Origin: Pyrobaculum sp.
GTDB taxonomy: Archaea > Thermoproteota > Thermoprotei > Thermoproteales > Thermoproteaceae
Direction: 5' to 3'
Assembly: GCA_046293555.1 (NCBI GenBank)
Contig: JBKBOT010000004.1
Location: forward strand, 5,485 to 69,484
DNA length: 64,000 nucleotides
Shown: positions 46,923-56,276 of the stretch, one piece after another
Numbering within the stretch: the first letter of the stretch is position 1
Layout: every line of letters starts with the position of its first letter
Translations under genes and position numbers: made by a program
Notes under the pieces: model-generated
The model's database searches: none
Seen by the model: only the letters and a program-made list of their open reading frames with translations
Told to the model about the DNA's origin: nothing

Positions 46923-48220
46923 TTATTTTTTTACTTTTTACAGTCTTTATCTCAGCTGCCGTCATGGTGTCGCCGCCTGGGGGCGGCGCCTATCAACTAC
47001 CCACGTTTAATTTATCTCAAGTCCCCCCCGGCTCTAAGGTGTATCTCAGCGGCGTTTTTGCCGGGAGTTTTGTTGTAGATAGGCCGGTGGAGATTGTGGG
47101 GCGTGGCGCCGTGTTGTACGGAAATGGCACAGTGTTGAGAATTGTGGCCAGTGACGTTAGAGTAGCTAACTTAACTATCGCCCGCTGTGGGAGAACCGGG
47201 CTGGATTCGGGAATTTGGGTGGAGAATGCCAGAAATGTGACTATAGTCGGAATATCTATAGAGGAGTGTCTCTACCCAGTTATGGTGTATAACTCCACCG
47301 GGGTTAAAATCGTTGGCTCAAATATAGCAAGCTTTAGGGAAGTACCTAGGGTGACCTACGGCGGGGGGCCGGTGGCTATGCACGAACTGACGCAATACTT
47401 CAGGGGGCATGGGGTATATGTCTGGTTTTCACGTGGCGTCGTAGTGGAGGGTAGCCGTTTTGCCCACGTGTTAGATGGGGTCTACTGCGACCACGCCTAT
47501 GGGTTGGAGGTAGTGCAAAATGTCTTCACGTCGGGTAGTAGATATGCAGTCCACCTGATGTATTGCGAGGGGGTTAACATAGTTGGCAACTCTGTGCGGG
47601 ATTATGTGGTGGGCTTTATCCCCATGTATAGCAGCTCTGTGGTTATTAACAAAAATGTTGTAGTCGACATAAGGAGAGTCGGCGGCGCGGCTGTGGTGAT
47701 TTTTGAAAGCGACGACGTGTATATATGCAACAATATAATTACCAGAAATTACCTAGGCGTTGAGCACTTCCGTTCCCCCCTCAGGCCGGGGGGTCGGGTG
47801 GTCATTGTAAATAACACTTTTCTCTATAATAACATAGCCATAAAGCTAGACTCCTACTCTACCCCAGCCATATATGGAAATTTATTTATAGAAAACATCC
47901 GGGATGTGTTGCCGTTGTTTAACAATGGCGCGTTACTTTACAACGAGAGTTTAAAAATAGGTAACTTCTGGGGGGTTTCACGCGGCGTGTATGTAGCACG
48001 GCAGAGGGTATTTGACAAACTACTGGCCGACAATCCCCACCTCGAGCTCTTTGTATTAACGCCAGCTTTTACACTTTTGGAACAACTATTTGGCGTGACG
48101 TATCCCCGGGGGGGAGAGCTAGTGGATAAATACCCCATTTCCCGTCAAGTAGACATATCGGCGTTGTATATAGTTGTCGCCATTCTGGCGGTGGTGGCAT
48201 ATGTCTGGAGTAGAGATTAA
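46919..48220 (+). CDS. nosD: NosD (set 2)
   Basis: RGHGVYVWFS, DGVY, RYAVHLMY, GNFWG. Confidence 0.9.
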   Translation: MIIFLLFTVFISAAVMVSPPGGGAYQLPTFNLSQVPPGSKVYLSGVFAGSFVVDRPVEIVGRGAVLYGNGTVLRIVASDVRVANLTIARCGRTGLDSGIWVENARNVTIVGISIEECLYPVMVYNSTGVKIVGSNIASFREVPRVTYGGGPVAMHELTQYFRGHGVYVWFSRGVVVEGSRFAHVLDGVYCDHAYGLEVVQNVFTSGSRYAVHLMYCEGVNIVGNSVRDYVVGFIPMYSSSVVINKNVVVDIRRVGGAAVVIFESDDVYICNNIITRNYLGVEHFRSPLRPGGRVVIVNNTFLYNNIAIKLDSYSTPAIYGNLFIENIRDVLPLFNNGALLYNESLKIGNFWGVSRGVYVARQRVFDKLLADNPHLELFVLTPAFTLLEQLFGVTYPRGGELVDKYPISRQVDISALYIVVAILAVVAYVWSRD

Positions 48221-48818
48221 AGTCGCAGACCTGACTTATGCCGTAGGCGGCCATGAGATCTTGAAGAATGTAAACATGGAGATAGACAGGGGGGCATTTG
48301 TGGTGGTGACAGGGCCAAACGGCTCTGGCAAGACCACCTTCCTTAGGTGTGTTGTAGGCGTGTTGAAATGTGAGGGAATCGTGGAGGTTATGGGGAGAGA
48401 CCCGCGGAGAGATGTAGAGGTGAGAAGGGGGGTGGGGTATGTTCCACAACTGCTCCCCTTCCCCCCACTCGCCGTGAGGGAGGTGGTGTGGCTACACTAC
48501 AAGATCTACGGGATTTCAAACGGCGAGGTGTTAAAAGAGTGGGGGCTGGCGGCTCTGCTCGACAGAAAGGTGGCTAGGCTTTCTGGCGGCGAGAGGCAAA
48601 GGCTGGCGTGGGCCCTCGCCCTATCTCACAAGCCGAGGGTGTTAATTCTCGACGAGCCTTTTAACAACCTAGATGCAGAGGGGAAAAGGTTGGCTTTAGA
48701 GAAGTTAAGAGAGTTGAGAGAAAAGGTGACAGTAGTTATGGCCATACATGAGGCGTATGAGGTGGAGAAGTTGGCAGACGCCGTGGTGAGATTTGAGGGG
48801 GGGATGGCGAGGATATGA
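48201..48818 (+). CDS. nosF: NosF ABC ATPase (set 2)
   Basis: GPNGSGKTT, LSGGERQRL, LDEP. Confidence 0.85.
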   Translation: MSGVEIKVADLTYAVGGHEILKNVNMEIDRGAFVVVTGPNGSGKTTFLRCVVGVLKCEGIVEVMGRDPRRDVEVRRGVGYVPQLLPFPPLAVREVVWLHYKIYGISNGEVLKEWGLAALLDRKVARLSGGERQRLAWALALSHKPRVLILDEPFNNLDAEGKRLALEKLRELREKVTVVMAIHEAYEVEKLADAVVRFEGGMARI

Positions 48819-49597
48819 TAGTCTGTCTCTTCACGGTGAGGCAGTGGCTTCTCCACAGGTGGGTTTTTTCCTACGCCGCCTCTCTTGTTTTAATACTGCT
48901 TTTCATATTCTACACGGCCTATTTTGGCCTCGCCTGGATACAACCAGAGTTTTACGGCAGGGTGGCCGTGGCTGTAGTCAACGCCGCTCTTTTTCTAGTC
49001 TCTCTCTCCGCTCTGTTGATTCCGCTGTTTGTATATCAAGACGATAGAGAGACTGGGCTTTACGAGTGGTTTATCTCCAGGCCTGTGAGGCGATTTCATC
49101 TATGCCGCTGGCTGGGCGTGGCGGCTTCCCTCTCGGCGGCCACCATTGCCTCCTTCCTCGTCGCCATGTCTCTTAACTACCTGATGTTCCGCCTTTTTGT
49201 CTCGCAGATGTTAATAATCGCCGCGGTTTTTATGGCCTTAATCTTCTCGCTGTCTGCAGTTAGCTATCTCATCTCCATGGCTCTTCCCGACAAGGCCTCT
49301 GCCTTAGGCGCCGGGTTTTTCCTCTGGCTTTACCTCAATATTATCCACACCATTGTGGCTATGGTTTTTGCCCTGGGGTCCCCTCCAGATGTCGCCTTTG
49401 TGATATATGTCCTCAGCCCCGTGGAGTCCGCCAGATTTCTCAGCTTCTATGTGGTAGACCCCACTCTCTCTTTTTTAAACCCAGTGACGGCGATAGACCT
49501 CACGCTCTCGCTACAAGGCCTCCTCTTTTACCTACCTGTAGCCGTATTGGCAACACCTATTGTGATCGCCCTGGCGGTGTTTCGAACTCTTCCTTAA
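48815..49597 (+). CDS. nosY: NosY permease (set 2)
   Basis: 6 TMs, DRETG.YE..ISRP. Confidence 0.8.
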   Translation: MIVCLFTVRQWLLHRWVFSYAASLVLILLFIFYTAYFGLAWIQPEFYGRVAVAVVNAALFLVSLSALLIPLFVYQDDRETGLYEWFISRPVRRFHLCRWLGVAASLSAATIASFLVAMSLNYLMFRLFVSQMLIIAAVFMALIFSLSAVSYLISMALPDKASALGAGFFLWLYLNIIHTIVAMVFALGSPPDVAFVIYVLSPVESARFLSFYVVDPTLSFLNPVTAIDLTLSLQGLLFYLPVAVLATPIVIALAVFRTLP

Positions 49598-50090
49598 ATA
49601 TAGCCCACAGCGCCCTGGCTAGGTGTCTATATGGACTCTTGTGTTTTTCTAGACATTCCACAAATTTCTTAAACCACGGCGCAATAAAACGTCGGTAGAA
49701 TTCTCTCCTAAGTTCCTCCCTGCCGCCTGTGGTGGCGCCGAGAAATTCCAACATGGCTGGGAGGTAGTCTGGTAGCTCCCGCCGTATGTCCATAGTGAAG
49801 CCCAGGGCCTTGTAGTAAGTCAATATTTGGTACATATAGAGGCCTCTCTCCCTGCTGTCTTCCCCCAGGGCGTAGTAGCCGGCATATGGGGGACATCTGG
49901 GCGTGAGTTCAAACATCTCCACCCTGTGGCTTTCCAGATCTACACCCTCTGCCTCCTCGAGGAAGGCCTTAAGTTCCTCAAGGCCTAGCTCTTCTGCCAG
50001 CGTGGAGATCTGTTCTCTAGCTTGTAGAAATGCCGTGGGGCTGTCCACAGCCCTGGCGGCTATTATGTACAAAACGCCTACCAAATCCAC
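49557..50090 (-). CDS. narJ: Nitrate reductase chaperone NarJ
   Basis: Y.EMFE, GEDSRERG..M, ELPDYLP.MLEF. Confidence 0.88.
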   Translation of the reverse strand: MDLVGVLYIIAARAVDSPTAFLQAREQISTLAEELGLEELKAFLEEAEGVDLESHRVEMFELTPRCPPYAGYYALGEDSRERGLYMYQILTYYKALGFTMDIRRELPDYLPAMLEFLGATTGGREELRREFYRRFIAPWFKKFVECLEKHKSPYRHLARALWAIFKEEFETPPGRSQ

Positions 50091-50115
50091 AGATGTAGAA
50101 AAGAGCTATAGATAA

Positions 50116-50132
50116 AGTTAATGTGGTTAACC
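50116..50132. promoter_or_regulatory. Candidate denitrification operator (AGTTAAT-GTG-GTTAACC)
   Basis: 15/17 identical to the nosZ site; 7 nt before TTTAAC (50140); nor ATG at 50171. Confidence 0.7.
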
Positions 50133-50170
50133 CAAGGGATTTAACGCCCATATCGACATAGTTTCGACAT

Positions 50171-52345
50171 ATGAAAAACGGCTGGACCTACTTAGTGCTG
50201 GCAGCCACGGTGTTTGTCTATGTGGTATATATCGCCATGGCCGTCTGGACGTTTTTCAACATGCCGCCAATTCCAGAGAGGGTGGAGACCGCCGGCGGCA
50301 AGCTGCTTTTCACCGGGCGGGATGTCGTAGAGGGTAAAATACTGGCGCAGAAATATGGCCTTCTTGACTACGGCTCTTTTCTCGGCTTCGGCGGCTATTT
50401 CGGCATTGACTACACTGCATACACCATGAAGATCTACGTAGAGAAGGTGGCCAAAATGCGGGGAGTGGAGTTCACGCCAGAGGCGGCTACTCAAGTCAGG
50501 CGGCTGCTTACGCCGAGGTTTGAGGTCAAGGCTGCCTTTTTTGGGTCTCAGAGCGGGAGGGTTGTAGTAAGCGAAGAGTTCGGCACGGCGTTTGAAGAAG
50601 TGGTGAAGTTCTACAAGGAGTACTTTGGGCCCAAGGCCGAGTCTGTTGGCCTAAAGCCCAACCTAATTACCGACGAGAGTCATGTCAGAAAAATTGCGGC
50701 GTTTTTCACATGGGGGGTGTTGATCTCCATGGCTAATTACACCAACGGCTTTCCCTACATGCCGGGGATACTGGAGCCTACAGTACACGTCACGGTCTCC
50801 ACCTGGGTCACCTTCTTCGTACTTCTACTCGTCATAATGCCCGTCGCCGGCTATATAATCATCAAGTTTCTTGACTACTGGAAGGAGCCGAGGATTTCGC
50901 TACAGCTCCCACCGCCCACGTCAACACAGAGGCTGGCGTTACTGGGCTTCGTGCTGGCGGTCCTGGGGCTGTCAATACAGGGGCTGCTGGGGGGCTACCT
51001 AATGCATAAATACACAGAGCCTTCTGACCTCTATGGAGTGTCTGGCGTAAACTCCATACTGCCCTTCAACGTGGCTAGAGCCCTTCACTACAACCTAGCC
51101 ATCTTGTGGATCGCCGTGTCTTGGGTCTCTTTCGCCCTCTTTGTGTTGCCATATCTAGGCGTCCAGCTAAACAGGGCGAAGGTGTTAGCCATATTAGGCG
51201 CCGGCGCCTTTACGGCTTTTGGCATCCTTCTCGGCATCTGGGCTTCATACCTCCAGCTCATCCCAGAGCCGTGGTGGTTTATAGTGGGGTCCCAGGGGAG
51301 GCCTGTGGTTAATCAAGGCACCTTGTGGCTTCTGCTGGTGGCAGCCCTCTTGGGCTACCTCTCCCTCGCCGTGTGGAGGGCGTCGAGGACATCCCCAGAG
51401 CCCATACAGCCGCTAGTCAAGATTCTGGCCATAGCTCTCGCCGGCACTGCCTTCGGGGCTGTGATGGGGGCATTGCCTGTAGTGTCGCCGTGGGGCCACT
51501 TCACGATAGATGAGTACTTCCGGTGGGTTTTAATACACGCCTTTGTGGAGGGCTTCTGGCCGGCCATCGTGATACCCATATTACTCATACTGTTGGTAAT
51601 TGCCGGCATGGTGCCGCCCAAGATGGCGGTAGCTGCTGCAGGTATTGACGCCACGTTGGAAATAGCTACAGGCATGATTGGCACGGCCCACCACTACTAT
51701 TGGGGGGGACAGCCCACCCTCTGGATGTATGTCGGCGCGGTGACGTCCACATTAGAGGTAATCCCCATAGGTTTCCTCATAGCCTACGCCCTGGTGTTAT
51801 GGCGCCGCGGCGAGTATAAGACAGAGCTCCAGAAGACTTTGCTGACCTTCGTCCTCGTGGCGGCCTTCGGCGGCGCAGTCGGCGTAGTGGCCTTTGGCGC
51901 AGGTATGATAAACATGCCTGTAGTTAACTACTATCTACACGGCTCGCAGGGAACTATGACACACGCCCATCTTGCGATGCCGCTTGCCTACGGCGTCCCC
52001 ACAATGTTGATGTGGGTAGTAGCCTTCACTCTGGCCGGGGCATTTGGCGATGTCCAGTTAAGGCGTCTTCGCTTAGCTGTAGTAATAATGGCCGTCGGGT
52101 TCTACTTACAAGTGCTGCTTTCGCTAGGCCTCTTAATGACAGCCCAATTTGTGGTCACGACAACAGAGGGGTACTGGGCTTCTAAGGCCTTGTTTGCCCC
52201 AGACGGGACGCCGGCGTTTTGGCAGAGGCCAGACGTAAAGACTTTTGTCTGGCTTAGAATGATAGGCGACGTAATTGCCGCGGCGGGTATAGCCGTCTTT
52301 TTGGTATATATGTTGAGGGGACTTCCTAAAGCATTAAGGCCATAA
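50171..52345 (+). CDS. norZ: Quinol-dependent nitric oxide reductase (qNor)
   Basis: GSFLG.G.YFG.DYTA, LIHAFVEG, GTAHHYYW, HAHLAM. Confidence 0.93.
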   Translation: MKNGWTYLVLAATVFVYVVYIAMAVWTFFNMPPIPERVETAGGKLLFTGRDVVEGKILAQKYGLLDYGSFLGFGGYFGIDYTAYTMKIYVEKVAKMRGVEFTPEAATQVRRLLTPRFEVKAAFFGSQSGRVVVSEEFGTAFEEVVKFYKEYFGPKAESVGLKPNLITDESHVRKIAAFFTWGVLISMANYTNGFPYMPGILEPTVHVTVSTWVTFFVLLLVIMPVAGYIIIKFLDYWKEPRISLQLPPPTSTQRLALLGFVLAVLGLSIQGLLGGYLMHKYTEPSDLYGVSGVNSILPFNVARALHYNLAILWIAVSWVSFALFVLPYLGVQLNRAKVLAILGAGAFTAFGILLGIWASYLQLIPEPWWFIVGSQGRPVVNQGTLWLLLVAALLGYLSLAVWRASRTSPEPIQPLVKILAIALAGTAFGAVMGALPVVSPWGHFTIDEYFRWVLIHAFVEGFWPAIVIPILLILLVIAGMVPPKMAVAAAGIDATLEIATGMIGTAHHYYWGGQPTLWMYVGAVTSTLEVIPIGFLIAYALVLWRRGEYKTELQKTLLTFVLVAAFGGAVGVVAFGAGMINMPVVNYYLHGSQGTMTHAHLAMPLAYGVPTMLMWVVAFTLAGAFGDVQLRRLRLAVVIMAVGFYLQVLLSLGLLMTAQFVVTTTEGYWASKALFAPDGTPAFWQRPDVKTFVWLRMIGDVIAAAGIAVFLVYMLRGLPKALRP

Positions 52346-52421
52346 AATCGGGAAAACTTCCCCTTTTTCCGCCTTTCTTTTCCCGATGTGACAATTTTAA
52401 TGGCCGTTAGTATTGTTCTCT

Positions 52422-55400
52422 ATGTTGACCACACGCAGGCGGCTTCTATCCGCCACTGCCGCTGTGGGCACAGCTGCCGGCGTGTTGGCGTTGGCGCAAA
52501 ACCTCCAGTATTTAAAGCCGCTTACGCAGTTTGTAGAGACTAGGCTACAGTATCCAGATCGCAGCTGGGAGTCGTTTTATAGAGGCAGGTGGCAGTTTGA
52601 CCGGGTAGTCCGCTCTACCCACGGCGTGAACTGTACCGGCTCTTGTTCGTGGAATGTATATACCAAGGAGGGTCTCGTGGTGTGGGAGCTACAGGCCACG
52701 GACTATCCCGACATCTCGCCAGAGATCCCCAATTACGAGCCCAGGGGCTGCCCCAGGGGGGCTAGCTTCTCCTGGTATATATACTCCCCACTGAGGGTGA
52801 AATATCCCTACGTCCGCAAGGTGCTTATCGACATGTATAGACGATATAAGGCCGAGGCCGGAGACCCGGTGGAGGCCTGGCGGCGTATTGTAGAGAACCC
52901 CGCAAACCGCTCGGCGTATCAAAAGGCCAGGGGCAAGGCGGGGTGGGCTAGAGTCAGCTGGGACGAAGTCACAGAGTTAATCGCAGCGGCGTTAATATAT
53001 ACTATTAAGAAATACGGCCCCGACAGGATTTACGGATTTACACCAATCCCCGCCATGTCGCCTGTGAGTTACGCCAGTGGGGCTAGGTTTATCGAACTAA
53101 TCGGCGGCGCCATGGGCTCTTTCTATGACTGGTACTGCGACCTCCCGCCCGCCAGCCCGCAGATGTGGGGGGAGCAGACTGACGTGCCTGAATCTGCCGA
53201 CTGGTACCATGCGCAGTATATGATCGTGTGGGGGACAAACCTCCCCATGACTAGAACTCCCGACGCCCATATGTACGTCGAGGCGCGGTACCGCGGGGCA
53301 AAAGTGGTGGTGGTTAGCCCAGACTATAGCGAACATGTCAAATTTGCCGACGTCTGGGTGCCGGCGGCCGCCGGCACAGACGCAGCTTTAGGCGTCGCGC
53401 TGGCGCACGTGGCCCTAAAGGAGTTTTACGTAGAGAGGCAGTTTAAGTGCCTGAGGGAATACGCCAGGCGGTATACAGACCTGCCGTTTTTAGTAATACT
53501 AGAGCCGTTGGGAGACGGCACGTATGTCGCCGGCAGGTTCCTCCGCGCTAGCGACGTGGCTGAGCTTAAAGAGGCCGTTGGGAAAAACCCAGAGTGGAAA
53601 ACCGTAGTGGTTCAGAAAGACGGCACTCTGGCTGCGCCCTACGGCTCTATTGGCTTTAGGTGGGACGGCAGCGGCAAGTGGAGCCTCCAGCTAAAAGGCT
53701 ATACGGCGAAAGGGGAGGGAGACATAGACCCAGTTCTCTCCGTAATGGAGTTAGGGAGGTATGAAAAAGTGCCTGTGAAGTTCCACGCGGTGGATTTCGA
53801 CCAGAAGGTGTTTGTGAGAGAGGTGCCGGCAGTTAAAATTGGCGACAAATATGTCGCTACAGTGTTTGACCTCCTGGCGGCACACCTGGGGGTAAAGAGG
53901 GGGGATCTGGGCGGAGACTATCCCGCCGGCTACGACGACCCCAAGCCCTTCACGCCGGCGTGGCAGGAGGCCATAACTGGCGTCTCTAGAGATCTGGCGG
54001 TGCAGATGGCTAGAGACTTTATGAATACCGCAGTCTACTCCAGGCCAGTATACGGAAAGCCCAGCGACCCGCCTTATTTTGGCGATGACAACACGCCGTG
54101 TGGCGGGAGGGCAATGATATTTGTAGGGCCTGGGATAAACCACTGGTACCACAACGACTTGATCTACCGCTCAGTATTGTTGTTAGTATTGCTAGGGGGC
54201 ACACAGGGGAAGAACGGCGGCGGCTGGGCTCACTACGTGGGGCAGGAGAAGATAAGGACGTTGATAGGCTGGGCCACCCTAGCCTTCGCTCTAGACTGGC
54301 GGAGGCCGCCTAGGCAACAGAACTCGCCTAGCTATTGGTATGTCCACACAGACCAGTGGCGTTATGACTCCATCACGACTGAGAGCATCTACCCCACGCC
54401 ATGGGCTAAAAAATGGAAGAACCTACATGAAATGGATGCAAACGTAATCGCCGCGAGGCTTGGGTGGCTTCCCTTCTACCCAAGCCTAAATGTGAACCCC
54501 CTGGAGCTAGGCCGCCGTCTAGTTGTAGAAGAGAAAGTGCCGGTGTCCGACGTCCCCAAGAGAGTGGCGGAGATGTTAAAGAGGGGTGAGATCAAGCTGG
54601 CGATTGAGGACCCAGACGCCCCCGAGAACTGGCCTAGGGTGTTATTTGTGTGGAGGGCAAACCTGTTGGGCTCTTCCTCCAAGGGCCATGAGTACTTCCT
54701 TAAACACTTACTGGGAACAGATAGCAACGCCAGGGCGGAGGAGGTGGGGACAAAGCTTGTGAGAGAGGTAACTATAAGAGACGCGCCTGTGGGCAAGCTG
54801 GACCTGTTGGTTGTATTAGACTTCCGTATGGCCACCTCTGCGGTTTATGCCGACGTGGTGTTGCCAGCAGCCACCTGGTATGAGAAATATGACATCTCTA
54901 TGACTGACCTACATACCTTTATCCATCCCTTCACTCCAGCTGTAGACCCGCCGTGGGAGGCTAAAAGCGATTGGGAGATCTTTAAGGCTATTGCCAAGAA
55001 GTTCTCAGAGCTGGCGCCCAAGTATTTACCACAGGTGGCACACGACGTCGTGTTGACGCCGTTGATGCACGACAGCCCCGGAGAGATTGCCCAACCCTTC
55101 GGCGAGGTGAAAGACTGGAAAAAAGGCGAGGTTGACCCAATACCGGGTAAAACCATGCCGGCAGTCTCAGTTGTGGAAAGAAGGTATTGGGACGTATATG
55201 ACATGTACACCTCTCTTGGGCCTCTAGTGGTCACCGCAGGGCTTACGGCAAAGGGCATACCGCTTTTCAAGCCTGAGGAGCAATACAGGTGGCTTAGAGA
55301 GAGAAACGGCGTGTGTAAACCCGCCTCTGAATACGTAAGAGGCGAATGTGGGAAAGTTGGGGGGTGTCCAAGCCTTGTGTTTGATAAATACGCCGCGGAG

Positions 55401-56276
55401 ACTATATTAGCCCTCTCCCCAGAGTCTAACGGCGGGGTGAGCTACATGGCTTGGAAAAACCTAGAGAAGGTGGTTGGATTGCCTCTAGCCGACCTGCCGT
55501 CTAAGGAGTTACAGATGACTTTTGACGACATAGTGGCGCAGCCCCGTAGGGTGACCACATCCCCCGTGTGGAACGGCGTTGAGGCTCCGGGTAGGACCTA
55601 CTCGCCGTTTACGGTAAATACCGAGAGGCTTGTGCCCTGGCGTACTTTAACCGGCAGACAACATTTCTATATAGACCACGAGTGGTTTAGAGAACTGGGG
55701 GAGTCCTTCCCACTATACAAACGTCCTCTAGACCGTGAGGAGATCAAAGCGGTGGCGGAGGTCGGCATTAAGGACTTCTGGTACGACCCGGCTAAGTATA
55801 GAGTTGAGAAAGGCGGCACGCGGCAGTTAGTGTTGAGATTCTTGACGCCACATGGTAAGTGGGTTATACACAGCACCTATTGGGATAACCTCATCATGCT
55901 TACTTTATTCCGCGGGGGGCAAGTGGTTTGGATTAACGACGAGGACGCCAAATGGGCCGGCGTTAAGGACAACGACTGGGTTGAGGTGATAAACTCCCAC
56001 GGCGTGGTTGTGGCGAGAGCTGCCGTAAGTCCTAGAATACCTAGAGGCACGATATTTATGTATCACGCACAGGAGCGCCATGTTTACGTCCCGCTGTCCC
56101 CCACCACCGGCAGGAGGGCGGGGATGCACAACAGCCCTACTCTCACTCATTTAAAGCCTACCGAAATGGTTGGGGGGTATGCCCAGTTGAGCTGGTTCTT
56201 TAACTACTATGGCCCTACTGGCGTAAATAGAGACACGCTTGTGATAGTAAGACCTCTCCGTGAGGTGAGGCTATGA
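52422..56276 (+). CDS. narG: Respiratory nitrate reductase alpha subunit, Tat-exported (pNar)
   Basis: TRRRLL Tat signal, THGVNCTGSC, CPRG, FYDWYCDLP, TPHGKW.IHS. Confidence 0.97.
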   Translation: MLTTRRRLLSATAAVGTAAGVLALAQNLQYLKPLTQFVETRLQYPDRSWESFYRGRWQFDRVVRSTHGVNCTGSCSWNVYTKEGLVVWELQATDYPDISPEIPNYEPRGCPRGASFSWYIYSPLRVKYPYVRKVLIDMYRRYKAEAGDPVEAWRRIVENPANRSAYQKARGKAGWARVSWDEVTELIAAALIYTIKKYGPDRIYGFTPIPAMSPVSYASGARFIELIGGAMGSFYDWYCDLPPASPQMWGEQTDVPESADWYHAQYMIVWGTNLPMTRTPDAHMYVEARYRGAKVVVVSPDYSEHVKFADVWVPAAAGTDAALGVALAHVALKEFYVERQFKCLREYARRYTDLPFLVILEPLGDGTYVAGRFLRASDVAELKEAVGKNPEWKTVVVQKDGTLAAPYGSIGFRWDGSGKWSLQLKGYTAKGEGDIDPVLSVMELGRYEKVPVKFHAVDFDQKVFVREVPAVKIGDKYVATVFDLLAAHLGVKRGDLGGDYPAGYDDPKPFTPAWQEAITGVSRDLAVQMARDFMNTAVYSRPVYGKPSDPPYFGDDNTPCGGRAMIFVGPGINHWYHNDLIYRSVLLLVLLGGTQGKNGGGWAHYVGQEKIRTLIGWATLAFALDWRRPPRQQNSPSYWYVHTDQWRYDSITTESIYPTPWAKKWKNLHEMDANVIAARLGWLPFYPSLNVNPLELGRRLVVEEKVPVSDVPKRVAEMLKRGEIKLAIEDPDAPENWPRVLFVWRANLLGSSSKGHEYFLKHLLGTDSNARAEEVGTKLVREVTIRDAPVGKLDLLVVLDFRMATSAVYADVVLPAATWYEKYDISMTDLHTFIHPFTPAVDPPWEAKSDWEIFKAIAKKFSELAPKYLPQVAHDVVLTPLMHDSPGEIAQPFGEVKDWKKGEVDPIPGKTMPAVSVVERRYWDVYDMYTSLGPLVVTAGLTAKGIPLFKPEEQYRWLRERNGVCKPASEYVRGECGKVGGCPSLVFDKYAAETILALSPESNGGVSYMAWKNLEKVVGLPLADLPSKELQMTFDDIVAQPRRVTTSPVWNGVEAPGRTYSPFTVNTERLVPWRTLTGRQHFYIDHEWFRELGESFPLYKRPLDREEIKAVAEVGIKDFWYDPAKYRVEKGGTRQLVLRFLTPHGKWVIHSTYWDNLIMLTLFRGGQVVWINDEDAKWAGVKDNDWVEVINSHGVVVARAAVSPRIPRGTIFMYHAQERHVYVPLSPTTGRRAGMHNSPTLTHLKPTEMVGGYAQLSWFFNYYGPTGVNRDTLVIVRPLREVRL

